In this document: piece by piece, positions 13,159 through 25,241 of the stretch
How positions within the stretch are numbered: the first letter of the stretch is position 1
Layout of the letters: the number at the start of each line of letters is the position of its first letter
From: Yuukianura sp. NJ FZ-2021
Lineage: Eukaryota
Assembly: GCA_046563655.1 (NCBI GenBank)
Contig: CM102289.1
Coordinates: 9,672,001-9,736,000 of the forward strand
Direction: 5' to 3'
Length of the DNA stretch: 64,000 nucleotides
Program-made: the position numbers and the translations under genes
The notes under the pieces: model-generated
What the model was told of the DNA's origin: nothing
Database searches by the model: none
Seen by the model: the letters and a program-made list of their open reading frames with translations, nothing else

Positions 13159-13729
13159 AGGTTAGACAAAATTGAATTTATTAGATTAATTTAATTAATT
13201 TCAAATGTAATTAATGTAACTAAGATCTTTGTTGAGTATACTGAACGAATTGTATAGTTTATATCAACCAGGATGAGAAAATATTTAGTTGTCTCTGGTT
13301 AAAAAAATTCTATGTAAAATTGTTTATATCTAACAGAATTTCAGTTTATGGAATTCTGAACTGTTCATAGGGTTTTGGTGAGTTTTTGGTATTAAAATTT
13401 TAAAAGCCAATGCAATGTGTGTTTTGAATTGTGAGGAAGGAAGTGTGTGTTTTGGACATTGATGACTTGGTCATAATTTTCCAAAGTTTTACGGAAGTGC
13501 AGAAGATGATCGTTTTGCTCTTCCTGATAGAAATTCTGGTTTTTCGTTTTTTTTTTGTGGAGAAAAGCAGAAGAGAAAGTCCGAGGTCATAAAAATTGTG
13601 CACTTGATTTTGGAGTCACACTTTGAGTCGCCTAGGAAATGAAAATTACGATTGTAATTTCCCGTAGCATTGATCTTGAGGCTATAAAATAGAACACACC
13701 AGTCTCCCTTAACTCTCTCATTCTTCACG

Positions 13730-13800
13730 TTAGGTTAACGTTAGGCTAAAAACCTAACGTTAGGCTAAAAACTAAGGTTAGGCTAAGAAAAACTAAGGAA
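13730..13800. repeat. Telomere-like TTAGG/CCTAA palindromic block
   Basis: ttaggttaacgttaggctaaaaacctaacgttaggctaaaaactaaggttaggctaa. Related blocks at ~14981-15053, 17211-17320, 17484-17555, 18663-18698, 31085-31130, 32099-32143, 38948-38992, 61685-61725, 62650-62670. Confidence 0.75.
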
Positions 13801-14499
13801 AAGGAAGTGAAAGTGGAGGAGAAAGGCTACTTTCTCTCTGTTTTTTGAGAATTGAGACCTCGCTAGGATCGGGATCAAATGAACCAAAACCTACTTTCTC
13901 TTTTTCTGAGAAATATCTCCTAGGATATACTTTTTTATCTATAGATACTTTTTTATCTCTATAGGAGAAGTTAGAAGATACTTTTAAGAAGACTCACTTT
14001 ACATCCTCAATAATTCTCCTTCCGGAAACACTTTCTCCCAACTTTTCTGCTTCTAGTTTTAAAAAGTACAACATTCGAGTAGAGTTTTGCACCGCTTTTT
14101 TTATACAAAAACTTTACGTAGTGGGGAAAGGTATTTTTTGAATTTTGGAAACTTCAGCCTTGTGCCAAAAACTGTTCGTTTGGAAAAGTTATTTGAAGGG
14201 AAAGGAATCCCTCGGGTGATGCTGCGGTGGATTTAGAATGAGGCGCCGCTGGCTAATCACACTCCGGCTAACAACTTAAAATATGCAAAACCCATTCTAC
14301 ACCTTGCTTCTGCCCCAAATTAAGAATTCTGCCCGGGTTTTTCAAAATTCTAGACATATGACTCTCACTTTCTCAAGCTACTGGAGGCAAATTCAAATTT
14401 TATTTGAACAAAATTTTAAGAAAAAAGAAAGTGCGAGCGCTGTGCGTTCGTCGCCGCTAGCCAAGTTCAATTATCTTAAAGATGAATGACAAATGACCG

Positions 14500-14585
14500 T
14501 GTTCTAAAAACTGTTCTAAAAACCATGTTCTAAAAACTATATTCTAAAAACTACTAAAGCTCTAAAACTATGTTTTAAAAACTGC
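14500..14585. repeat. Short tandem repeat (GTTCTAAAAACT, ~6 degenerate units)
   Basis: gttctaaaaactgttctaaaaaccatgttctaaaaactatattctaaaaact... Confidence 0.7.
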
Positions 14586-17500
14586 GTTCCGTTTAAGTTT
14601 TCCGTGTCACACTAACTTTCTGTAGTAAAACGAAACCTGAAATTGGATTAGGCGGGAAAGTGTAATATTTTAAAAGTGGACGCCACGAAATTTGAGACGA
14701 CTTTTGGGCGGCGCAATTTCACTACAACTTTAAGTTTTTAAGCCGGTTTAAGATTTAACATCGCTGCACTACTTTTCGCACTGACTCATCATGAGCAAGA
14801 TTTTGAGCGGGAGATTTAGTTGGGAAAAATGAAAATATGTTTTATAAATCTTAACTCTTAGAAATATTCTTCTGTAGACTGGCACATTCCAGAGACACAT
14901 AGTGAAAAGTTTATTTTTGAGAAATATGGAAGAGAGTGAGAGTGGAGAAAGTCTCTGAGCAAAGAGAAAGTTTTGGAATTCCTAACCTAACCAAAAACCT
15001 AACGTTAGCCTAACGTGAAATGCTAGAAAACCTAACCTAATGTTAGGCTAAGGTGGATATCCTGCTTTCTACTTCTAATCTTCCACTGTCTCTTCTCCAG
15101 AAACAAGTCGGAGCACTCCGAAATGTCACTGGATTTTAAGTATGAAAAATTCCTGGGTCCTTCGACCCATATCCAAAGCCACACAGGAGAAAAGACTAAA
15201 AAAAATACTATAGTTCCAAAAGGCTAAAAAATATTATAGTCTTTTCAAAAGCCTAAAAGAATATGGGTGTGACAAGGGAGGATTGTGGAGCGTAACTTAT
15301 CTTGTTCCATGCAGTTCCGGCACAAGTTGACTTTAAAAGTCCTCATGCGTAGCATACATCTCCATGCTCAAACTTTTACTTTTTTCTTTACATTACCAAC
15401 ACTTTTTACACTTCAAAATTTTTTTACACTTCAAATTTTTACTTCAACATTTTTGAAAGCTTTTTCCTTTCCTACGGTAATCTAAGTTTTTCAAATTGGA
15501 TCCTGCTAGAAACACAACTCGGAGAAAGTGCAAGAGGTTCAGAGGGAAAAGTTTTTTGTATGAAAAATGACAGGAGTTGATTGGAAAGTTTTTCAAGTTT
15601 TTTTTTTCAACTTTCTTCCAAATGCAACTTCCGTGTATTTCAATTCTTCAGATTTTTAGTGAACAGAGTTTGGATTAGGAAAATCTAGACTTAGATGTTG
15701 AAAAAGTAAAAAAAAAAAAAGTTGATAAATATAAAAAATTTTTGACTGAAGATTTGTATTTTTTTTGTAAACCTGAAATTTAATAAGGTGGACTTTGTAA
15801 ATTGTCGACGACTCGAAAAATTTGATGTTTGATGAGATTGTTGTTATTGCTTTTGCGTTGACAGCTCAATTCCAGGAACTTTTTATTAGAGAAAGCGGGG
15901 AAGACTATTCCTCGGACTCGTCGGACACGAACTTTCTCTGCTAAAATTAATAAAAAGGAGAAGCTAAAGCACGTTTTGTGGTCCGCTTTCACTTGTGTAG
16001 ACTTTTAGTTGAAACTTCCACTCTCAGTTCTAATCCAAAGTTATAGAGAATATAAAATTGAAAGAAGAAAGAAGCGGGATTGAGAAAATCTCTCTGAAAA
16101 ACTTTCGTTTTAGACCACAATCCAACAACTTGAGGGAGAAAAGCGGGAAAACCCAAAGTATAATAAAATGTGAGCGCCGTAAAATAAATAAAAAGAGGCT
16201 CTTGTGCTCTTTTCTTTCTATTTCCGCCATTTAGGATCATCATGATCATTAGACTCCGAGGAAAAGAGGTCGGCCTAAATGTAAGATAACGACGGAAATC
16301 TCTTTTCTCGAAATTAGGCAAATAACAACAGCTAAAACTCTGACTTTGAGGAAAAGTGCTTTCACTTTTGTACTTCCTGCGAAATAAAGCAGCAGCAAAA
16401 AAAAATCAGTTTCAGTTTCAAAAGAAAGTTTTAAAAAGCGAGAATTAGTGAGAACGTCGTTACAGCATGACAGTTCTAAGCTTTCTTTTCAAAATTTTTC
16501 AAAATTTGTTGAATCTGGTGGTGGAATGTCATTTCACTTCGGTTTTTGCTGTAGTTTGAGTTTCGAAAGATCAATAGTTTCTTCTCTGTCTCTTTTTTTT
16601 TTGTTAGAAGATGAAAGCGCTGGAACTGTATCGAATGTCATCTAAAAATTGTGCTGAGGTTGCAATTACTTGAAGATCCTTGGAGAGACAAGGATATTTT
16701 GGATTTGTCTTTTGTCTGACATTCGTCTTTTGTTCTTCTGCCGAGTTACATCCAATTGGAACTGACTTTTTTTGAACTTGCGCACCACGTACTTCTTTTG
16801 AACAACCAGACTTTTACTTGAGCGGTTCAAAAGTTCATCCAACCATTCTTTTCAGCCCTCGCTTTCTTTGTTTGCTCAAATCAAGGCCAAAAAAGAGAAA
16901 AGAATAAAGAAAAACACTGAAAAGTTGGGTTTTGTTGAACAAAAAAAGAAAAACTTGACATGTTCAGTTTATAGCAGAATGGTTGATGAATTTCAAAAAA
17001 TTCTGGATAAAAAAGTTTTTTGAGTTTAATGTTTTTCAATCTCCTTGTGAAAAAGGAGGTCGAATAAGTTATTGTATTACACTTTTCATATCCCCACAAA
17101 AACTTTTTTAAAAAAAAACTTGCAGGGAGATTTTTTTTGTGAAATGACATATTCTTAGGGAGAAAGTTTTTAGGTCATGAGGTCCTTGTCTCTCTATAAC
17201 ATAACTGGATGGTTAGGTTTAATCTCACGTCAGGTTCGTTAGGCTATGTGGATTTTAAGGGGAAAACCTAATGTAAACCTAACGTTAGCCTAATGTGAGC
17301 CTAACGTTAGCCTAACATGATCTGGAACGAGAGAGTCATAATCCTACTTTCTCTCTCGGTTGACTAATAAGGACTTTAAGATAAGCCTTAAGTGTCCACT
17401 GAGTGATCCCTTGGACATGTAATATTGAGCAATTTAGATTAATTCTTCCAGATTAGGTTTCTAGTCTTCCTGAACTAAAAAAAAGTTAGGTTAGTAGCCT

Positions 17501-20103
17501 CACTTCAGCCTAACGCAAAGTTAGGTTAGTAGCCTAACTTTAGCCTAACGTAAAGTGAGTTGTCTCTAACCGGATTTTGGAGAAAGTAAATGTCCTACTT
17601 ACCGGACGATTAAGGCACATCAGATTACTTTGAAGTGTTTTCTGCAGAATCCTACATCTCAAAAAAATTTATCACCACTTTTTCAAAAAATTTCTCCAAA
17701 AAATTTCTTGGCGAATTTATATCGTCGTTGCAACTTTTTTTTTGTAGGCGAAAATCTAAAGGAAAAGTGAAAACTTGGAACTTGAAAATTTTGAAATTTG
17801 GAAAAAACTGGAAAACATCAGTTCCGCTTGTTCTTTCTTTATTTTTTTTTAAATTCTACAACCTTGGAATTTTTAGATTCATACTGTTTCTTCGTTGACA
17901 AACTGAAACTACATCAATCAAACTGGGAAAAATATCAAAGGAAATGGAAAACTTATTTGCGGAAAATGAGTTTTCTTCTTTAGAAATTCACAAAAGCGTT
18001 TTCTGTTTTCGAAAAACATTAATTTTCTTTTAAATCTTTTCAACAACATTTCCCTTGCATCTTGGTCCATTCACACGGAAAACCAAATTTCCTGTTTCCT
18101 TTTTTACTCATTTTCAAAAGAATTTCTAAATATGCAACTTAAATTTTGTAAATTTTGTAAAAATTCTTTCAAATGTTAAGAAAAGCTGAAATTACTTTCA
18201 CCAAAACTTTTAACACATTCAACTAATGGTTTGAATGCGTGGAATGTATTAGCAAGCCCAACAAAATTTATTTCACACATAGTCTTACTTCTGTGAACTT
18301 TTTAAATTCTATAAATGTTTCTAAAGACTTTCCGAAAGTTTTGGTTTTGAACTGACTTTGTTTTGAAAATTTAGGTTCACTTGAACGCCATTTTAAAGTT
18401 TAGAATCGGTCTGGTTTTCAACTTGGTTTACTTTATGGCCCTCTTAAAAAGAGCGATACAGAACTGGATATTTCACAGGAATTGGATCTCTATTTGAACA
18501 AGTTCAGTTTTTTAAAAAGAGAAAGTAAAAAGGAGAAAGTGGAGAGGAAATTTAATGCTGAGCCTTCATTTGCATTGGGTGATCTGATTAAGTTGAAGTT
18601 GGATTTGGGGGAGAATCTACTTGGGGATTCATGGCACTTTCTTTGCTTTCTCTTCCAGACAAAGTTAGGTTATGTTAGGCTAAGGTTAGGCTAAGGTTCC
18701 ACCGTCATTGTCACCACATTCGACTTTAATCAAGTCCTCGCTCCCTTTCACTCTGCAGCTTACACTTTTACAAAGAAAACCATTCAGTTGAGGTTCTAAT
18801 TCTCACAAAAAACTTCCAACGTCTCCGTTTTCATTTGGGAGTCTTCATCTAATCCCGTCTGACAAATCTGCACTGCAGAGGAATAGAAGGGCTCCGCCTC
18901 TTTGTGACTCATAATTTGATTTCACAGGAAACCAAACACACCTTACATCACTTTCCAATTACTTTCTCCCGCCTACCCAATTTAATCATTTCCAAATCAC
19001 ATTTCAAAATTTTTATAGCTTTCTAAGAACTAAATGGTGAAGAAATCGGGCAAGGGTTAACATACAGACACATAGACGCAGACAGACAGACAGACATGAA
19101 TAAAATGATAAAGTAGCTTTCGTTGTTGCCAATTTTTTTTTTCTGGTTTCGCATGTTTTGAACTTTTTTGTTCGTTTGTTTGCTGCCTTCCGAAGTATTT
19201 CGAATGCTGTTTTTTTTTTGAAATCGAGGTCAAAGGTGGTGAAACTGTTTTTGAAAATCATTCACGTTGAAAATTACGGCGTGTTCTGAGAGTTATGCAA
19301 CGTTGCGTTTGTTTGATGCTATGCCGGTGGATTTGGTTTAAAATGAAATGTCATGAATAGGATTTTGAAGAATTTTGGTTCAAAGAGATTCGTTATACAT
19401 TTTAATCCTGGAGACTTGAGGTCCCTTGAGACGCTTCCTCTGTCACTGTCCAATTTCTAGTTTCTGGAAACAGCGCATGGCATTTTGCTCATCGAATTTT
19501 CACAAATGGCATTTCCATGAAATTTCAAGAAAACAACGTATTTCCAACAACATTTTCTGAGAAAAACTGAAAAGAAAATTGAAAATGTTTTTTGTGTTGG
19601 TAAAAAAAAACAAGTAAAAATCTAGCCGAATTTTGAAAAAATTATTTTCGTAAACAAACTTCAAGATCAAAGGATTCTGAATTTCTAAGTTTTTTTTTTA
19701 CATAGAAAATGATAATCCTCGAAAAATCTTTGTAAAAAGTTCCAAATAGAACCATGTTATTTAGAAGGTACTCTCATTTCCGTTTGCATTTTTCCTGTAA
19801 GAAGGCAGGCTTAGGTTCATTTTTTGTTTGAAAATGAGCTCCGAAACTTTCCTTTTTGAAAGTTTAGTTTCTTTTGAGTTCCTATCACCTCTCTCTCTCT
19901 CTTTCTTCATCGTTTCTTAAGGAAAAATGTAATCTTGAAAAGAAGTTTTTTTTTTTTGCCCGAAGCGACTCAAAAGACGCGTAAAACGCCATAATTTTTA
20001 AATATTTTGACACATTTTCTTAGACATAGAGTCTCCCGGCTTATTTATGGAGAATTAGATCCAGAACGCCTCAGGCAAATCAATAACTGCGAACGAGAGC
20101 TCC

Positions 20104-20148
20104 TTGGCCATAATACCCGCATTTCAAAAATCCGGGTATTATGGCCAA
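20104..20148. repeat. Perfect 16-bp inverted repeat (stem-loop)
   Basis: TTGGCCATAATACCCG (20104-20119) and CGGGTATTATGGCCAA (20133-20148), 13-nt spacer. Confidence 0.85.
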
Positions 20149-20631
20149 AAGTGGTGTGATGAGGTCAGAGGTCAAAGTACATACTGTAATAGCCTAAGTT
20201 AAGCCAGCCAGGTCGGAATTACTGCGGCACTATTGTGTAATACTTGTAAAGTTTCTGAAAAGTGTCAAAAAATTAGTGTCAAAAAATTTCTGATGGCACA
20301 CCGATGATGTCTCTGACTAAAGTCAATGTCCTCAGTACATGAACTCTTGAGTTTAGCACAATGAAAGCAAAAGTTAGAAACTTGCCAATCGTCTTGTACA
20401 TTTGAGCTATGCAATGTCACGTATCACCTCATAGTCATCATTTTTTTTTAAATTTCAATTCTCTCAATTTTTTTGAAGTGTCATAAAGTTTTCCTGCCGG
20501 TCGCCGGTTCATGACCTTCGTGATACAATGGAATACTTGAAAAGTAAAACCTGGAAGCATCTCCAGAAGATACTTCAGAAGTTGAATTCAACTTGAGCAG
20601 TATACTTTTTAGCACTTTCTGAAAAATAGTC

Positions 20632-21178
20632 ATGTATTTGCTTTTGGGAGTGATGTTGACACTAGGCCTGGTCCAAGGTGAGCCTTCGACGTTGTACAAA
20701 GACTGCGGTTCCTGGAATGCTGAACTTGTAAGTTTCGACTTCACTCCACCGTGTGAAAAACATGCTTGCATTTTAAAACGCGGAGAGCAGGTCACTGTGC
20801 TGGCCAACTTCTTGCCAAAGGTCAACAGCAAACAGATCTGGGTCAATGCCTACCAAACAGGCCAGAGCTACTTCCCAGTCGAAACGATCCTGATACAAGT
20901 AAAAAAAAACACTTTTTAAGTAAATTTTTTGAAATTTCTTAGAACTTTTGAATTTTTTAGATGAAAACTGACCACTTTTTGGCGTTTTTTAGGGTGAGAA
21001 CTTGTGTGGTAAGCACAACATCTCGTGTCCATTGGTGGCCAATGAAATGCAACATGCCTATGTCACTGGAACAGTTCCGCAAAACATGCCTGTCCACAAA
21101 ACGACGTTTCGCTTGATTTTCTTTGGCGACAACAACCAAAAACTCTTTTGCGGAACTTGCCCCATTGAAATTCGCTGA
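20632..21178 (+). CDS. Secreted ML-domain (MD-2-related lipid recognition / NPC2-like) protein, 150 aa
   Basis: Exons 20632-20898 and 20993-21178. Signal peptide MYLLLGVMLTLGLVQG, then YKDCGS...PPCEKHACILKRGEQVTV...NLCGKHNISCPL...LFCGTCPIEIR, the NPC2-type cysteine pattern. AATAAA at ~21228. Confidence 0.88.
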
Positions 21179-21517
21179 TCAGACCAATGTCCCCAAGGAA
21201 TTTCGTTTCCTAAAAACAAAATTTTGAAATAAATCTATGAAACAAAAATCATTTTTGATTTCTTTGATTTTTGGTGTACTACATGGCAACGGTTTCAGTT
21301 TTGGTTGAATTGAAGGTTGACTGTGTTGTTTGAATTTGTCAAAATTCCTGTCATTCTATTTTAGTGTTCGTTTCTGCTGCTTCTGTTCACGTTCTAAGCC
21401 AAAAATAGGAGAAAGTTGAAGTTGCTTGGGGCGTTTTTCAAAATTTTAGGAAAGAGGAGCGTCTTTTGATTGTTGGCTTTTGATTGGAGCGTGAAGGTGT
21501 GAAGTAGGGTTGACGAA

Positions 21518-22110
21518 ATGTCGGAAGAGTCGGACGAGAAGGTCGTTGCCCCCGCGGAGAACAAAGACTCTGAACCTCCACCGCGGTGTACATCGCGAGA
21601 TGTCGTTGAACCGCAGTCAGAAGACGACACAACTGCGAGTAACGAAACAAAAACTTTAATTCAATTAGTTAATTAAAGTTAATTAATACAATTGACGTAA
21701 ATGTCTCTTTGCCAGGTTCGTCAGACTCCGATCCGCCTGTCCGAGATGTCGTTGAACCACAGTCAGAAGACGACACAACTGCGAGTAAAGAAACAAAAAG
21801 TTTAATTAATGCATTAATTATGAGTTAATTAAAGTTAATCCAATTGATATAAAGTGGTTATTCTACTTACTTGTTAGGTTCATCCGACTCTGAGCCGCCC
21901 AAGAAGAAGCTAAAGCCGAATCGCTGTCCGGTTTGCAAGAAGAAGCTGACTGTTGTGAACGAGTACGAATGTCGCTGTGGTCTGTCGTTCTGCTCCACCC
22001 ACCGCTACGCTGAAGCACACAGTTGCAGCTTTGACTACAAGGAGGAAGGGAAGCGGATTCTCACACAGGCCAATCCAGTCATCGTCGCTTCAAAGCTAGA
22101 CAAAATATAA
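21518..22110 (+). CDS. AN1-type zinc finger protein (ZFAND5/6-like C-terminus, no A20 domain), 140 aa
   Basis: Exons 21518-21638, 21716-21784, 21878-22110. C-terminus NRCPVCKKKL...ECRCGLSFCSTHRYAEAHSCSFDYK...ANPVIVASKLDKI. Confidence 0.88.
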
Positions 22111-22584
22111 GGTTCTCAGTTGACCTTGTGTCAACATTTTTAACACTTCATAAGCTTAACTTCTTACCTCCACTCAACGTACATGATTACTTAACTAATA
22201 AAAGTTAGTACAACAGTATTTTTACCAAAAACCGTCGATTTTTACCGAAAACCGTTGATTTATACCGCTCAAGTTGTTTGGTTCGTGAACTGTTTCGATT
22301 TATTTACAACTTGAATCATTCCAGGCTAATCGAAACGTAATCCATAGAAGAAATGAGAACCACTGAACTGGAGAAAAATCATTAACAAGTACTTATACAT
22401 TTTAAAACCGAAGGTTGTTGCCTAACTGGGTAGAGTTCAATACAATTCATTACATAAGTGTCCCTGTGTCATGTCATAACAAAGGAATGGACACAAAACA
22501 GGTAATGGTCAAGTCAAATTCATTGAGGTATTTAGGTACTACAGGAAAAGTTAGCGACGGAACGTTGTCAGGTACCTTTGATTG

Positions 22585-24491
22585 TCAGTACTTAATAAAA
22601 GCAAGGGCCACACCCACATCTAATTCTACAGAATCCTGCACAGATCTTTGTACTTCAGATAGGTTCAGGTAGGAATCGGAAATGTAAGTTCCTTGGAAAG
22701 CAATCGGGTGGTCTGTTCGCAATCCGATGAGCGGCATGTCACCCAAAGCAGTCTTCAATTCCTTCAAAGACGCAGTGGAAACGAAACGTCGGTAAATGAG
22801 GAAAATCATTACATTGACAGCACTACCGAAGAAATTGGCAGCCTAAACAAACAGGATAACAACAGGATGAAGAAGTTGCGTTGCACAGCTGATTACGACT
22901 AGTACGTAGTTAATTGATTGATTAGATTAAGCTTACCAGGATTCTAATCCTGTTGAGAGTATTGAGGGCGACGTTGAAGCCAAAGACGTTGACCTGGACA
23001 GTCGAAAGTCCATGTAAGGCCAGCACTGTTGAAATTATGGTCCGCCCTTGTAGAAATACTTTGTTCGCGAAAACGTCGTCCACAACTGCCACGATTACCC
23101 CGATTTGTTGAGGTGGACAACCAGAGCTATTGCAAAACACAAATCAGCTGACACATTTGAAAACGTAGCGACGTAAAACGTAAAGTTAACGTTGGACGTT
23201 GTTCATTGTTGGACATGGATTACCCGGTGACATAACTGTCCGAGAACTGATTCACGAGGACATCGTCGTGGCAGTATTGCAGGCACAGGTAAAACTTAAG
23301 GATTCTTCCACTGGCAACCAAGATGTCTCTTGCAGCAAGGTAATGTGCTTGTAGTTCTGCCAATGTACCCAACTACAAACGTACAACACAAATTTATCAC
23401 AGTGTTTAAGTAACAATTGAGCACAATTGCATGATCAATCATAACTTACATGGTTACAGCCGGAGGAGATTGGAATCGAGATGTTCAAAAAATCAATCGA
23501 CGAGTCGAAAGGAATACAGAGAGACTGTAAAGCAAAGTTCGGGTTGGTTGTAGTGACAAGATCTCTGGACATGTTTTGAGATCCGGGAACCGTGGCAATG
23601 GTTTGGCTCGAAGCAGCGAACAAGAAGGTGGTCCCACCTTCACGAATTGGTAGCACTGAAAATATCATTGTAATTGATTGATTATAAGAAATCATCAACC
23701 GCTTGAGAAGTATTTACCTTACCTGAGTCAAAATCGCTTAAACCCAAGCTGAAATGAGACGTTCCGAAACTGATAATGGTGGTAACCGGAGCCAGTAGTC
23801 CCGTCTCGTCGTCTCCAGCGATCCAACTTGGATCAAAGTGGGAATGAATACTGCGGCAAACTTCGTCAGCTCCAAGTTTCTTCTAAACAAAACGACATTT
23901 AAACTTGTAAAGTTGAACATAAGCATGAAGAGCAGCACACTTACGTCCGATTGCCAGCACAATGTAAAAGGACCGTTGCGAATCCGTTCCCGACGGATGG
24001 TATAGCACAGTCCACGCCACTTAGACGACACGCTAGCCATACGTCGTAGCTCAGAATCCGGCAAGTACTCCAGAATTCTCTTCAGACAGTCGTTTTCGTC
24101 CTCGACGAATACTTTAAGATGGAGGTCAACAACTCTGAGAGCTTCCGCACTCAGCCTCACACTTTTCTTGGACATCCTCCTCCTCCTGTCTCCATTAACG
24201 GTGAGCCAATTTGTCTGTTTCCGGGGACTGAGAGTTTCACAGTGTTTTCGCTTCCGGACAGAAACCTCCACTACAAACAAAATCATGTGGATAATCATAA
24301 ACAATGTTAACGATGAAGGTTAAGCTTAAGCTTAGCTCACTTTTCGAGAATGAACCGACAAGCCAATCGTCGAACTGCATCTGCCCCAATGGTTGACAAT
24401 GAGTCATAGCCGGCGAACTCGGCTTCATACTATCGGTATCGTCTGTGATAAATTCTTCCATTGTAGAATCTTGCTGAATCGCCTTATTCAT
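22585..24491 (-). CDS. F-box protein, probably a divergent FBXO22-like protein (F-box plus FIST-like region), ~479 aa
   Basis: Exons 24491-24341, 24270-23945, 23882-23723, 23655-23450, 23372-23224, 23126-22937, 22842-22585 (1440 nt, phases consistent). F-box CLKRILEYLPDSELRRMASVSSKWRGLC. C-terminus ELKTALGDMPLIGL...VALAFIKY resembles the FIST_C end of FBXO22 (recognition only). Confidence 0.7.
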
Positions 24492-25241
24492 GGTTTACAA
24501 CGTAGTCTCTGGTTGCATGCTAATCGGCCATCTTTAGTTAGTGCCTAACCAGTTAAAAAACAAATTAGTAATTAGCAAACGATTACTATTAATTGTAATC
24601 AAAATCTTACCGCTTCTACTGGTCCAGTAGTTCTTGTTTAAGCTGGTATTGGAATATCGATGCCTAATTTGTCTCCAACTTCCAGGAAAAAGTGGACACA
24701 CTTAACAGAAATATGATTCGATCACTGCTTAACCACGGTTCGTACCTGTCCAAACTCCAATTAGTAATTAATCTCGTTCTTTCACGTTAATTAGTTAATT
24801 TGCGGACTACAGCTGTGCCCAAATGGTTCCGGTTTTCCTTCCACTACCACTGTGTCCAGCCTAATGTATGGCGCTCCATAACTTCATCTTGCTCTCAGAT
24901 ATGTCTCTTGATCACCAAAAGTTGGTCCAATAGCCGATTTTCATGTAAAAAAAATATATAATATTATAATATATAATAGACAATCACAATAAATAACCTG
25001 AAACAAACAATTAAATCAAACAGAGAGTAAATTTACTAAAAACCAAACTGCCTACGACCAAGTTCACGAAAGAATCGTTCGCCTTGGCTTCCGACTATAA
25101 AGTTGGATAAGTTTAGAAGAATTAAGTAATTTCCAGATAGGTGCTAATATAGGAGCTAACAATTAATTTTTGATTAGATAATTGTAAAATGAAACAACAA
25201 TGTTGTTTTTTGTTTTTTTTTTTTCTGAAGCAGCATTCGCC

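Noticed and set aside
19020..19140. DINE-1/Helentron remnant around the (GACA)n microsatellite
   Set aside because: Only a short microsatellite; no subterminal inverted repeats or 3' stem-loop could be confirmed.
13300..20400. Many 60-110 aa ORFs in the spacer (and similar ones from 28-64 kb)
   Set aside because: Low-complexity F/K/L composition from poly-A/T runs, non-ATG starts, no splice-consistent models.
21636..21641. GC donor (GCGAGT) in the AN1 gene
   Set aside because: It leads to a frameshift and stop; the GT donor 4 nt downstream keeps frame.
24780..24950. In-frame TGA read-through (selenoprotein) in the linker between Tudor and F-box genes
   Set aside because: No start codon, no recognisable redox motif and no evident SECIS.
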